This document shows, one piece after another, positions 38,485 to 54,050 of a stretch of 64,000 bases of DNA. The translations under genes and the position numbers were made by a program. Where the stretch lies: assembly GCF_009914755.1 (NCBI RefSeq), contig NC_060927.1; one strand, 5' to 3'. The stretch comes from the human T2T-CHM13v2.0 reference genome, Homo sapiens. The notes beneath the pieces were generated by a model. The model saw nothing but the letters and a program-made list of their open reading frames with translations, was not told the origin of the DNA and made no database searches. The number at the start of each line of letters is the position of its first letter. The stretch's first letter is position 1.

Positions 38485-40137
38485 GCTGTCATTGATCCCA
38501 GGAGACCCACGCCACTGCAGGCCTCCTGTCAGAGTCAGAGTCAGGCCAGGTCGAGTCAGGTGATCACTGGAGTTTCAGCCTAATCCTGACTCAGTGGGCC
38601 GCATGGGTGCCGAGCTTCCTGGGTTCTCACTCAGCTGGGTGTTGGGGAGGAGATGGGGTGGGGGTATGGGGAGCACCTGAGAGGACCGGGTGTGGCCCAG
38701 GCAGCCAGTCAGCTTCCTGCACCTGGCAGAGGGCAGGGGTGGCGAGGGGACAGGCCAGCTTCAGGGTGATGGGGCAGGCAGGTAGGGGCCAGCCACATTG
38801 GCCTTGATGCGTGCTGGGCCCACACGCTCACACTGGTGTTGGGGTGGGTGGTGCTTTTTCCTGGCTGGGACCTGGGTTCTGGGGGTGGGCCATGACTGAG
38901 ACCTCACGCCAGGTGAGCCAGCTTCATGTCTCGTGCTACCGGCCAAGAGGTTTCCTGAACTTACGGGCACCAACAAAGCCCGTCCCTCACCATAGTCACC
39001 TTCTGGCTTGCTGCAGGCTGAGCTGCCTGGGCTCCTCTGGGCATTTTTCAGTTGGTTGGATGGTGGGGGCAGCTCAGCTGGTCTCAGACTGACCATTCTC
39101 GGGCGCTCACGGGCAGCCTAGCTTGGACTGAAAGGAGTCTCAGTGCCCTGAGCCACCCGTTTTCATGGCTGGGGCCCTAAGGTGACAAGGCCCACGGTGG
39201 CCCGTGTCACGGTGAGACTCCAGCCTGAGCCTCAGCATGCAGAGTCACTGGGCGCGCCTCAGACTGCCAGGGAGGTACAGCATAGGTATGGCCACTGTGC
39301 GTGCCTGTGCCTTCCGGCTGCAGCTGTTCTGGGAACACAGAGTTGCAAGTGCAGCCCCTAAGTTGGGGCCAGTGGCCCTAGCTGCAAGGTGCCACCACCT
39401 GCCTCTCCCCAGTGGACACAGGAGCATCCCTGCAGACCCAGAGATTAGTGGTCATCTTGCCCAGCTGGGCCTTGTTAACTCTGCTTCCCTGGAGCTCCTG
39501 AGGGGCCAGGCCAGAGTCCAGGCCCCCTCTTGGGTCCTGGAAAATCTCTGCAGAGCTGGGCCTGGGCCTTCCTGCCTGCCTTGGGGGCTGTTGCAGGGCT
39601 TGGGGATTACAGCCTGTTTTCAGCATCCCTATTTAAAGCCCAGCTTCTCAGTGTTCCCGAGGGGCCATCTCCTGAGGCCAGCAGCAGCCATGCTGCAAGG
39701 AAGCCAGGCCATTGCATCAGTTATTGTTGCCGAAATGCTGGCCCCAGAGGCCAGGCCTGTTTTTCTGCTGGGCTCTGGCTATTTTTATACACTCCCTGGG
39801 CCCCCAGCGCAGAGCCTGCAGCCCCAGAGCCCCAATCTCTTCTGCCTCTGGGGCCTTTTCAGCTGCTGGCCAGATGGGGCTCCTTTGGTCTCTGGAATGG
39901 TGGGGGTCCTAGAACATGGGGCAGGGCATTCAGGGGCCAGAGGTAATAGAGCCTGTCTGGGTCATAGTATGCAGTCACTGTCCCAGCCAGCGGTCCTCAG
40001 TTTGCCAGTGCATAAAATGGGCACATTGGTGCTTGGCTGGGAGCACCACAGGCCCAGTGCACATCTGGAGCGTAGTGGGGTGCACCTTGCTCACTGGTCT
40101 CCGCCCCCGGGCTCAGCCAAACTCTTCTTATCCCCAG

Positions 40138-40338
40138 GACTGCCCACAGATCCTGCCCTCCACGCAGATCTACGTGCCAGTGGGAGTGGTAAAACCCATC
40201 ACCCTGGCCGCACGGAACCTGCCACAGCCACAGTCAGGCCAGCGTGGATATGAGTGCCTCTTCCACATCCCGGGCAGCCCGGCCCGTGTCACCGCCCTGC
40301 GCTTCAACAGCTCCAGCCTGCAGTGCCAGAATTCCTCG
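40138..40338 (+). CDS. PLXNA1: PLXNA1 exon 10 (IPT2)
   Basis: cag|[16 protein letters not shown]...LQCQNSS|gtgagg; 201 nt. Confidence 0.96.
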
Positions 40339-42196
40339 GTGAGGTGGCCAGGGCAGGGGCTGGGGGCCGTGAGCCGGAATGGGCCGGTTATCCTCACGGC
40401 CCTGGGTCCTGGCGTGTGCTTGTTCATAAAGGGCAGTGCACGTGCTCACGTGTATCTCTGATGAGTCAGAAGCCACTCCTGGCTTCCCCAGGCCATTGCC
40501 AGGCCCTTCAGATGTGCCTGGGTCATGTAGGCAAGTGGGCTGCAGGGGGCCCATGCTGTCCTGGTAGCTGCTGAGAGCACCCAGTTGTGTGGTGGGAGCA
40601 GCCTGAATGTGGGAGTGGACAGCAGCCAGCCTCATGGGACTCGCACATTGCAGCATCCGTGGGTCCCAGGCATGGGCTGATCATCAGGTCTGAGTGTGTG
40701 CAGGAATAGCCAGGTGGCTGCCAGCCTTCATCACTGTGGCTCCCGGAGGGCAGAGGTCAGGGTGCCAGAGCGCATGGCTCCGTCCATCCCTGGCCAAATG
40801 CAGAAAACACTCCCATTGGCCCGCACTTGCACACTAGCAGACGGTTGTTGCCTGTGGTCCGAGCATGCGTAGACCTTCAGATCTGACACAATAGTGTTTG
40901 AAAAGCTCTACTGTCAGGTGCAGTGCGTTCAGTGACGGGATCTCTATAGAACCAGCCATTTCCTGAGTGGTGGGGGAGTGGGGCCCAGTTGCCCAGCAGT
41001 TGGAGGCCTGGGCTGAAGTCCTGCACTCCCAGTAGGCCTCTGTCTCCCCTTCTGCTCAGGACGGGTGTGATCCAGGGAGCAGTGGGCTTCCTGTAACTCA
41101 CTGCAGGGGCAGGTGGCTGGGCTGTTGTGTGGGGCACTGGGCTGTCGACAAGGCCTTGGCTGGACCCCATCCCCTGGAAGCCCTGGGGAGGGCCTTGATG
41201 GGGTCAGAGGTCTGGAGCCCCTTGGCTGACCCCTGGTCTGTCCCAGCAGTGTGGGGTAGGGTCTGGAGGGTCACAACAGGCTTCCTGGGGCAGGTTGGGT
41301 TGCAGGTCAGCCATGAGGATCACTCCTGGCCACCACAGCTATCTGGAGTTCTCTCTGCCATCCAGTCTTTCCAGACATTTCTGTTCTATCACCAACTCTT
41401 CGCCTGCCCTGCACTTTCCACCTGCGTCTCCCTCCCCACCCTCCCTTCTCACCAGGCCCACATTAATCTTCCCTTCAGCTGTGTTTAAAGGGAAGCGGGA
41501 GTATCGGGGAATTTGACAGGATCCAATTAAATTCCTGCAGATAAAATAATGATGAATTGCCGGGCCGCCCCTTGGAGATGCTGGGCTCCCTGCACCGTCC
41601 CAGCACGGGAACAGAGTTGAGGTCATCTGTGGCAGAAAGTGGGGCACAGCTGGAGTCCTAGCCAGGCTCCCGGGGAGGGGCAGTTCCCCTGGGCCCAGCC
41701 CAGCCTTGTTGAGGAGGGGACGGGGAGCAGAGCTGCACCTGACAGTGATTTTGCCTGTCTCTGCCCCAGTCCGGGGACACGGATCTCCCACCTCAAGGCA
41801 GGGCAGTCCTGGCCCATTCAGCAAAGATGCTGAGGTACACAGAGCATGCTGATGCGTATTCTAGGGCCAGCTGGGAGTCTTGGTTTCCCAGCCTGGCTGA
41901 CTGTAGGGAGTGGTCAGAGGCTGCCTGTGGTTGGAGGTGGTCTCCAAGGGGGTGCCACAGAGGTGACTGTGGGAAGCACAGAGGTTCCCTTGGAAGGGCA
42001 CCTCATATGGTTGCTAGCCTGGAGAGAGGGGGCTCTGGAGCCAGGAAGGAAGTCCTGTGTAGGATGAGGGTGGAGAGGGAGCGGTTGTGGCTGCAGAAAC
42101 TTCCCCCTAAGCTGGCGCCCTGGTGGCTTTGTGGGCGTGAGGCTTGGGAGGCCTGGAGGCCGCTTAGCTGGGAAGCCTGACGGTGCCATCACCTAA

Positions 42197-42340
<144 letters not shown>

Positions 42341-42361
42341 TGACCGCACCCCTCCCCACAG

Positions 42362-42555
42362 CGCACCTCTACAAGTGCCCGGCCCTGCGCGAGAGCTGCG
42401 GCCTCTGCCTCAAGGCCGACCCGCGCTTCGAGTGCGGATGGTGCGTGGCCGAGCGCCGCTGCTCCCTGCGACACCACTGCGCTGCCGACACACCTGCATC
42501 GTGGATGCACGCGCGTCACGGCAGCAGTCGCTGCACCGACCCCAAGATCCTCAAG
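42362..42555 (+). CDS. PLXNA1: PLXNA1 exon 12 (PSI3)
   Basis: cag|[27 protein letters not shown]...DPKILK|gtaggg; 194 nt. Confidence 0.96.
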
Positions 42556-42657
42556 GTAGGGCCCCCAGCCCTGCCCCCACACCCCATGCCCCGCCCTGCA
42601 CCACCGCACACCCTACGCCCTGTGGGATGCCTGTACCCCAGCCTCTGCCTCCCTCAG

Positions 42658-42809
42658 CTGTCCCCCGAGACGGGCCCGAGGCAGGGCGGCACGCGGCTCA
42701 CTATCACAGGCGAGAACCTGGGCCTGCGATTCGAAGACGTGCGTCTGGGCGTGCGCGTGGGCAAGGTGCTGTGCAGCCCTGTGGAGAGCGAGTACATCAG
42801 TGCGGAGCA
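42658..42809 (+). CDS. PLXNA1: PLXNA1 exon 13 (IPT3)
   Basis: cag|[22 protein letters not shown]...YISAE|gtgagt; 152 nt. Confidence 0.96.
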
Positions 42810-42890
42810 GTGAGTGCAGCCCTGGGTGTGTGCGGGGCGGGACGGGACGGGGCGGGGCTCCTGCAGCCCCTGAGGCCCGCCTGCCCACAG

Positions 42891-43011
42891 GATCGTCTGT
42901 GAGATCGGGGACGCCAGCTCCGTGCGTGCCCATGACGCCCTGGTGGAGGTGTGTGTGCGGGACTGCTCACCACACTACCGCGCCCTGTCACCCAAGCGCT
43001 TCACCTTCGTG
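42891..43011 (+). CDS. PLXNA1: PLXNA1 exon 14 (IPT3)
   Basis: cag|[10 protein letters not shown]...PKRFTFV|gtgagt; 121 nt. Confidence 0.95.
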
Positions 43012-43363
43012 GTGAGTCTGCTGCCCTCCCTCTCTCCCTATTCTCTGCTGCTCTGAGAGGGTGCCGCTCAGGGCTTCTGTGCCTCTTCAGGGCCCCTTGT
43101 CTGGCCATGCTCTGCCACTGCTTTTCCACGGCCTGGGTGCTGCCCCTCCCCTCCTGTGCCTAGGCCAGCTCCAGGGCTCCCTGGCTCACCTTGGGCTGTG
43201 CCTGAGAAACCTGGAAGTACTGGCTCTGAAGTGCAGCTCCCGGGCATGCGGGCTCCTAGTCTGGGGAACTGTCTGTGGGGGTAAGCAGGCCAAGTGGGGC
43301 CTGTCCCCATGTGGCCCGAGGGGGACTTTCCTGAGAGTTTCAGCAAGTTCCCTCTTCCTGCAG

Positions 43364-43500
43364 ACACCAACCTTCTACCGTGTGAGCCCCTCCCGTGGGC
43401 CTCTGTCAGGGGGCACCTGGATTGGCATCGAGGGAAGCCACCTGAACGCAGGCAGTGATGTGGCTGTGTCGGTCGGTGGCCGGCCCTGCTCCTTCTCCTG
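43364..43500 (+). CDS. PLXNA1: PLXNA1 exon 15 (IPT4)
   Basis: cag|[24 protein letters not shown]...PCSFS|gtacgg; 137 nt. Confidence 0.95.
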
Positions 43501-44436
43501 GTACGGGGTGCAGGTGGGGGTGGGGGCCTGGCTGCCCCTCCTCCTGTTTCAGATGGTTGCATGCCCCTTCTTGTTGCCTGGGCAACGGGGCTATGGAGAG
43601 CCTGGCTGGGGTGATCACTGTGAAACCCAGAGGCGGAGGTTACCATGGAAACAGGCTACCTCCAGAGTGGTAGGACTGGGCGGTGATGGGCGTGGGGCCT
43701 GCCTTTGTGGGGCGGGGCAACTTGGCTGCCTCTGCCCTGGTTCTTCCCTGTGGGGAAGGGGGGAATCCCTTGGGTACAAAATAAGAAGTATTTTTTAAAA
43801 ATTTTTAAGAGAGAAAACAGAAATCTTAACAAAAGCCCTGAGGCTTGAAGTGGATAATTTTAGATTAGGGATGATAATGGAATGTCCCTTTAAATATTTT
43901 CCTATGGTAATTACCCGTTATCAGACTAATCATTGGTGTCTGCAGCTGAGGGGGCCTGGTGGCTGTGGGGCTCCTGGCAGTGGTGGAAGAACTGAGGGTC
44001 CGGACCCAGGTGCGGGCTATGCCTGGCTGCCTGCCCAGTGGGGTGTCCCCGTGACCCCCACCCAGGCCAGCTCATCTAGTCTCCTCACAGCCCCCTGGGA
44101 TGCGGGGATAGGGCGAGGTATTCCCACTGGGACAGGTGCCGAGAGGGAAGGTGTCTGCCTGGCCCAGGGTAGTAGGAGTGGGTGCTGGGCTCCCAGCACT
44201 CGGAGCCCCGGCTGAGTGAGGCTGGCCCTGAGACAGGCAGGGAAGGTCGCGCCAGGGCTTAGTCTCGCCAGCCCTCCCCAGGGACAGAGGGAGGGCAGCA
44301 TGAGCCTACCTCCCAGCCTGGCGTGCGTGGGACGGGCCTGCTGCCTACTGCCTCTGGGGAGGCAGAGGCCTGGTGGGTGTGGAGCCCTGGCCAGGGTCAC
44401 CAGGAGTGGGTGTGGGCGACAGGGAGGCTGTGATGA

Positions 44437-45862
<1,426 letters not shown>

Positions 45863-45928
45863 TAGGCTGGGCCAAGCCAGGGAAGAGGCCCCTCGTCCTG
45901 GGCTCTGGCTCACCCCCATCTCCTACAG

Positions 45929-46072
45929 GGCCGGAACCTCTTGCCACCTGCACCCGGCAACTCCCGACTCAACTACACGGTGCTCATCGGCTCCACACCC
46001 TGTACCCTCACCGTGTCGGAGACGCAACTGCTGTGCGAGGCGCCCAACCTCACTGGGCAGCACAAGGTCACG
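45929..46072 (+). CDS. PLXNA1: PLXNA1 exon 19 (IPT6)
   Basis: cag|[18 protein letters not shown]...GQHKVT|gtgcgt; 144 nt. Confidence 0.95.
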
Positions 46073-46452
46073 GTGCGTCTGTCCACCGGGGGTGCAGAGC
46101 TGGGAGAGCCATGCCCCACCTGTGGACCCTGCCCCACTAGCACAGCCCCAGCTCTGACCTTGCCCGAGACTCACCCCTAGCTCAGAGGGCGCCCGGCTCC
46201 AGTGCAGGCCCTGCCGTAGCCTTCAGCCTGCCACCTCCTTGAGCCCCCCGAGACTGCCTACCCACCCTGAGCCCTTGCCATGCCAGTGGTGCCCTGGCTG
46301 GCCAGGCGCCTGCCCTGGGTCCCAGTGTCTCCACCCTGGTGACCACTCTGTGCCCCTGTCGGTGGGACCTTTCCCACAGGCAGGTGTTGGGGGTGGGTCT
46401 TGCCCATCGGGAGGGGCTCCCAAGCTTTGTGGAAAGCATGGGAAGCTCCTGA

Positions 46453-46827
<375 letters not shown>

Positions 46828-48299
46828 TGATAGCCTTGCTGTGCCAGAGCTGGTCCCAGGGCAGTGGGCGGGTGCCTGACCAGGGCCTGGCCCTGCAGCA
46901 GGTACCACCTCCTTGGGGTGCTGCTTGCGACACAGAACCCAAAGCCAGACTGTTTGCATTTGTATCCCAGCTGGGCTATAAGGCTGAAGGTGGCTACTTA
47001 CCCTTCTGTGGCTCAGTCTTGTCGTCTCTAGAGTGGGCACAATGACAGTGCCTACTTTCCCTGGGTGCTGGGAGTCGTGGTGGGTTGGCTGGTGCCAGCG
47101 GAGCAGCAGAGAGGGGTGCTTCCACCATGCAGCAATGGGGAGCCCTTGCGCTTTGGCAGTCCCTGGGCACATAGAGATCTTGGCCTGAGCTGACCTTTGT
47201 CCTTGAGATGTCTATAGGGGGAGTCATGCCACACCATGCTCCTGATCAGGGCAGGTGTGAGTGGCAGAAATCTGTTCCATGCCGGGCGAGACTTTGAGCG
47301 TTTGCAGATAGTAACTCACACATGTTCAGGGCTCTAGGGGGCAGATACTAGGAGTGTTCCTGCTGCAGTGTAGGACCTTAGCCATGTGGTCCAGCATGGG
47401 GTTGTCATGAATTCCACTGGGACTCAACTGGGATGGGGTGTTTTGTTTGCACAGGACTCAGCCAGTCTTAAAATGCAAAGTTCTGCATCCTGGGAGCCCT
47501 CTCAGTCCCAGACAAACCTAAGTGGCCCTGTGGTGGGCTGAGGGTCACCCTACCTCTTGGGCAGCCCTGGTGGGACTGGAGGCAGGTGTGTGTTGGGGCC
47601 AGGTGGGAGGCAGGTGGCCTGGACCTCCCTTGTGCTCCCGCCTGCTGAGGCTGGCTGTCTGGCGAGGCTGGCGTGTGTGGATGCAGTGGCTGGTGGCTGC
47701 TCCAGGCCAGCCAGGTGCAGATAACTAGACGCCTGGCAGCGATGCCCAGGAGACGAAGACTCCAGCTCTTAATTAAACCTGTCAGATGTCCCCCAGAGCC
47801 TGCCTGGCACTCCTTTGGCTTCTGATCAGATAGCCTGATCCTCGGGCTGCCACAGGACTGACACCTCACAGCTCTGGAATGTTCTGTCAGGGCCTGCCTG
47901 CCTTTGTTCCTGACAGAGGCAGAGCTGGCCCTGAGCAGGGTGGGCCATGTTGAGGGTGCACCAGGCCCGAGATGTGCATGCAATGGTGTGGGGGCTTGGG
48001 GACAGCCTGCAGCCCTGGGACCTCACCCCTGGCCGCACTCCACCACCTCACAGCGGGTGGAAGGAGCCCGAACTCCAAAGCTGCTCTACGCTTAACTGCC
48101 AGTGTCTGAGATGCAGGAGGCCCTGCCCAGCCTGCCCCTGGTGCTGATGCTTTCTCTGCCCTTGTCTTGCTTGATCCTGTGGGAACCTTGCAGAGGAGAG
48201 TTACTATCCCTGTGCTAGGGCTGTAGTAGCTGGGGGACGAAGAGGCACAGTAGTTTCCTTAAGATCACGAAACCAGTAAGTGTCAGAGCCAGGATTTGA

Positions 48300-48584
<285 letters not shown>

Positions 48585-50102
48585 TGAGGCTCCTTGGGTG
48601 CTGATGGATGGTATGGGGCAGCCTGTGCGGCCTGGGGGAGGGTCCAGGCCTGCAGGGCTCTGGGCTCAGCCAAGTGGGGAGCAGGTGCTGGGAGGCAGAA
48701 CCAAGACCAGGCAAGCACAGTGGAGCCCTGAGCCCTGGGGTTGGGGCAGGGGAATGGCCAGCACGGCTCTGCTCCATAAAGTACCTCCAGAGGGCAGGAG
48801 GAGGCTCTGGCCCCAGGGCCTCCGTGGGATGCCAGGCCTCATCCCAGCAAACCACTTGTCAGCCTGGGCTTCTGGCACCTCCCCGGTGGCTGCCCCTTGG
48901 GCCCTGCCTCTGTTGGGGGTCCCGCCTGCGGCTCCACTGGCCTGGTCTCCTGGGTGGCTCTGGATGCGAAGCCTCGCTGGGCAGGGGCCGTGTGCTGGGA
49001 GGTGCGGGTGCCTGATGAAGTCTGCTATGGCGGTTTGGGAGGGGAGCATGTGGCTGGCATAGCACCAGGGTCTCAGAGAGTAGGGCTTTGCCCCGTAGAC
49101 CTTGGCAGCGAGCCTGGCGAGGGAAAAGAGGGCTGGCTCCCACACCCCTAAAAGGCCCCCAGCGGCAGGCAGGCTAGGAGCCAGTCCTTGGCGAGCCACG
49201 GCCAGGGGCTCGGCAGGTTAGCTCAGTCACACTCTCCAGCTGAGGGCACCCCCCAACCGTGTGCCTTGGATGTTGGGGAGCCCATGTCCCTTGTGGTGAC
49301 TCTGTTGGTGGGAAGTCCCTTTTGAGCTGATACTGAGCAGACCTTCCCGCCTTGGGCCCTGGGCTGCCTGTGGCTGAGTGCTGCCATCCTGTTCCTGGGC
49401 TTGCTGCCACACGGGGCTACACAGCCTCCCCAGGTTGTATCTCTCTTTCAGTGCCTCCATTTGCTGTGTCTGTCACACTGTCTCTCTCAGCTGTGACTGT
49501 GTATGTTCTGCCTGGGCCATTACCTGTCTGCCTGATACCTGTTGGCCTTGGCTGGGAGCCTGGTATCACTGGTGGCCTCTGGGCTCTGCCTAATAGGGAA
49601 CATATTGCCCTGATAAACCTTAGTATGAACAAGAGAGAGAGAGTAGGGACCCTGGAGCCAGCTATGCCTCTACTCCACTCCTTTTTCCTACCTGCAGTGT
49701 GGCCCTAATCAAACCTCTTCCTGTCTCCAACCTTGTGTCCTCATCCATGAGATGCAGAGACTGGTCGTGCATTGGTTATCATTGTCAAGGCGGAGGGAGA
49801 TGGTAGACATGCACTCCTGGTACCCAGTGGATGGGGGCATTGAGTTGGACTTCCTTTGAGCTGCTGCAGGCCCGCTGCAGGGGTTGCTGTTCAAAGGGCC
49901 CAGTCACGGAGAGGGTGGCGTGAGCAGCCCCTCTCATTCTGCACCCAGCCGCACTCGTAACACCTTTGTCATGTCGGCTTGCAGGGGCTTCTCAGGCTGC
50001 CACAGGGACTCTGTGGCCAAGGCTGCCCTGATGGCAACAGGCAGTGGTGGCAGCACCCAGGTCGTGTCCATTTTGCTAAGGACAGGTGAAGCTTGGGAAT
50101 GA

Positions 50103-50522
<420 letters not shown>

Positions 50523-50931
50523 TGAGCCTGGGGGGCACTGGGGTTGGGGGAGGCAGGCCCATGCCTCCAGCTTTGGACAGGTTGGTCTAGCAGGCCCAGA
50601 GACGTTGCTGTGGCAGTTCCCACCGGGCAGGGGTGGGAGGACTCACCTGGCCTCTGAGGCTCAGCTGCCACCTCCCTAGGTACTGATAGTGAGGACCCAG
50701 GCTGGAGTCTCCATACACACAGGCCTGGGCTCTGGGCGAAGGACTGGGGTCTCCATGGCAGCCCCTGAAGCGCCTGCTGCCCACTCATGTGGGTGCCTTT
50801 CGAGACCTGACCTTCGGTGCTGTAGGAAGGGGGGCAGGGTGGGGTGGGATCGGTGAGTGAGGCCTGCAGGGGCCCTGTGCCTGCTGGACAGCTGGAATGA
50901 CACCACTCTGCCCATATTCTGTGCTCCCCAG

Positions 50932-50998
50932 GACTGAGTCGGTGGCAGAGAAGATGCTAACTAACTGGTTCACCTTCCTCTTGTATAAGTTCCTCAAG
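50932..50998 (+). CDS. PLXNA1: PLXNA1 exon 23 (GAP C1)
   Basis: cag|[22 protein letters not shown]|gtaagc; 67 nt. Confidence 0.96.
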
Positions 50999-53074
50999 GT
51001 AAGCAGAGGCGGGAGGAAGCAGGTGTCAGAGGCAGGTGAACAGCGGGAGGGGAAAACGGAGAGAGGTGGGGATTAGTGGGAGGTGCTGGAGAATGACAGC
51101 TGGTGGGGTCTTGGTTGAGTTCTGGCTTGGGCCAAGGCCCCTGGGCATGCAGCCGCTCTCAGCTCCTGGCTCCCGGCTCCCTCCTCCCTCCTTCTGAGGC
51201 TGTCAGGCCCTCACACAGCCCACCAAGGTAGGTGTGGGAGTTCGGATACAGGCTCTCAGTGCCCACAGCTGGCCTGGGCTCAGGAGGGTGGGGGCACCCT
51301 GGGCAGGGGCCTCTGAGGGGCCAGCCTGGGGGTGCCTGAAGGCTCCAGTCCACCACCTGTCATGGGGACAGGTGACCGCACTGGGCTTCCCCTGTGCTGT
51401 CCATTCAAGCCCCTCCCACCCCCCAGCAGAAGGATGCTGCCGTCCTCAGAACAGGAACAGGGTGTAGGCCAGAGACTGCAGGCCAGGGCCCAGGCTGGAT
51501 GGGGATCTGGGTGGGCTTTATCTGGGCAGTAAGCAGTTGAATTGCTGTCTGCACTTTCGATGTTGGGACTTTTACAGACTCAGGTATCTGGCTTCTCTTG
51601 GAAATCTGAAGGCCTGGTTAGCCCACTCCTGAGAGGTGGGAGGAGCCCGGTGTGTGCATGGTGAAGTGCATGCTCCTCGCCTGGCTTCAGTGGTCCCTGT
51701 CGCTGCTCTGTGGGTGAGGGTGACTGACAGTGTAGCCCAGTGATCGAGGGTGGGAGCTGGCACTGACTGCCTGGGTTCGATTCTCCTGGTTTCCTTATGG
51801 AATCCAGGGATGGCACCTCTGTCTCTGGGCCGTGGGGCTTTCAGGCCTCCTGCAGCCAGATGCTGCTGAGCTCAGGTGATCAGCGCACAGATGCCTGCAC
51901 AGAGCGGAGTCCTGGCCGGACATCCTCGCTGCCGGGAGAGACACTGGACGGGAAATACAGCAGACAGGCAATGGGGCAGGGCCGAGCAGGGAGGGTGGGA
52001 TTCGAGCAGAGGTCTGAAGACCAGGCGGGGGGAGGGAAGAGAGTCCCAGGCAGAAGAGGCCACTGGGGAGAAGGCCCCAGGTGGGATAGGCAGGGGCTGG
52101 GCTTGTCTGTCCTGGGTCGTCTCTGGAGGTGGGACATTTATGTGTATATAGCAGTCCCTGGCACCTAGTAAGTGCCCAGTAGATGATAACATCCTTAGGC
52201 AGAACTGGAAGCAGGTAACACAAAGTCGTGCGTGTCCTGTAGAAAGTACAGTTCTATGAAGACTGCATAGTATGTGTGCATGCTGGGTAAGCTGGGCTCT
52301 GTGAGCCTAAAGCAGCAGGCGTCCTGGGTGAGGTGGAGAGGGCACCGCTAACCTGAGTCCCTGTCTGATCCCGATTCTCCACACCCACAGAGACAGGGCT
52401 CAGGGCAGCAAATGCCTATAAGCACCGACGTTGGGTGTGGATTCTCTTTCATGCCAGGATATAGGGGGCCAGCTTCAGCCAGCGCAGAGTGTGGCCCCAC
52501 AGGGTATTATAAGCAGAGAGGGTGGCAGTGGGGCACTGTGGAGGGGTTGTCTTTAGGCCGGATCAGACATTCCATGGAGAGCCGGGGACATTTGGGACAG
52601 GCGCTGAGGGATGTGTGGGCAGTGGAGGGAGGGAGAGGGAGGCCAGTCTTGGCCAAGGGAGCCATAGGAAGGGGACACAGGGAGGAGGGAGGCAGGGGTG
52701 ACCATTTGGGTGGGAGTGGTGCAGGTACAAGGGGTGCGGGCTGTGTGTTGGGGGCTTCACAGCCCATGCCCATGACCCCAGCCCACCCTCGTTGTTAGTG
52801 GGGTACCAGTGTCGGGGGCAGGCAGGGGCCAGGAGCTGTTAGATCTCCTTAGGTCATCACTGCCCTCCTCCAGTTCTAGGAGGACCCCTATATATGCAAG
52901 GGAGGACACGTACTGGGCGCAAGGACATGGCCTGAGGCTGAGAGGCGCAGACAGACATGCTGGAGCTGGGCGCCCCCTGGATGGGACTGAGATGGGCCTA
53001 GGGCTGTTTCCATCCACATAACTGGCCAGTGACTTTTTGTTTTTGCCACCATATCTGGGGTTTTTTTGTTTTTG

Positions 53075-53595
53075 TCTTTTTTAAGATAGATGTTATTGTT
53101 TAGAGCAGTTCCAGATTCATAGTAAAATTGAACAGAAGGTACAGAGGTTTCCCATGCGCCCGCTGCTCCCACACATGCACAGTCTCCCCACTGTCAGCAT
53201 CCCTAGGAGAGGGGTGCATTTGGTCCAGTCAGTGAACCTGCCAGGAGACATCTTCACCACCCAGTGCCCCTCGTTTCTGTGCGGGCTCACTCTTGGTGCT
53301 CTGCATTCTGTGAGTTTGGATGAACGTAGGATGCCATGTATCCACCGTTATAGTGTCACACAGAATAGTGTCGCTGCCCTAAAAATCCCCTGAGCTCACT
53401 TGTCATCTCTCCCTCCCCCTGAGCCCTTGGCACCCGTTGATCTCATTGTCTCCATAAGTTATGCCTTTTCCAGATGTCATGTAGTGGAATCGTGCACTGT
53501 TACCGTAGCCTTTTCAAACTGGCTCCCTTCACTTCGTAATCTATTTTGAAGGTTCCTTTATTTATTTTCATAGCTTGTTGCTCATTTCTTTGTAG
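53075..53595 (-). mobile_element. L1MC-like 3' end, antisense
   Basis: 'tttagagcagttccagattcatagtaaaattgaacagaaggtacagag...ccttttccagatgtcatgtagtggaatc'. Confidence 0.75.
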
Positions 53596-53608
53596 TGTGC
53601 CACAAACT

Positions 53609-54050
53609 TAAAAAAATTTGTTATGGTGAAATACACATGACATAAAATTTACCATCTTAACCATTTTTAAGTGCACAGTTGAGTGGTATTGGATGCATTT
53701 ACAGCGGTGTTGGCCATGGCCACCTGCTCCATGACTCTTCATCTTGTGAAACTGAAACTCTGTCCCCATTGAACACCCACTCCTTGTTCCTTCCTCCCCA
53801 GCCCCTGGAACCATTCTACTCTCTGTCTCTGTGAATCTGACAGCTCTAGGGACCTCATATGAGTGGAATCATGCATTGTTTGTCCTTTCGTGGCTGGCTT
53901 AATTTCATCAGCTTAATGGGGAAGCAATCCAGGTGTCCATCGACAGATGAATGAATAAGCAAAATGTGGTCTGTGCATACAATGAGATAGTAGTCTGCCT
54001 TAGAAAGGAAGGAAATTCTGACATGCTGCAACATGGATGAACTTTGAGAA
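53609..54050 (-). mobile_element. L1MB-like 3' end with inverted 5' segment, flanked by CACAAACT direct repeats
   Basis: Antisense 'aaatttaccatcttaaccatttttaagtg...' to ~53917, then a sense-orientation L1 segment at 53919-54050; CACAAACT at 53601 and 54051. Confidence 0.8.
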
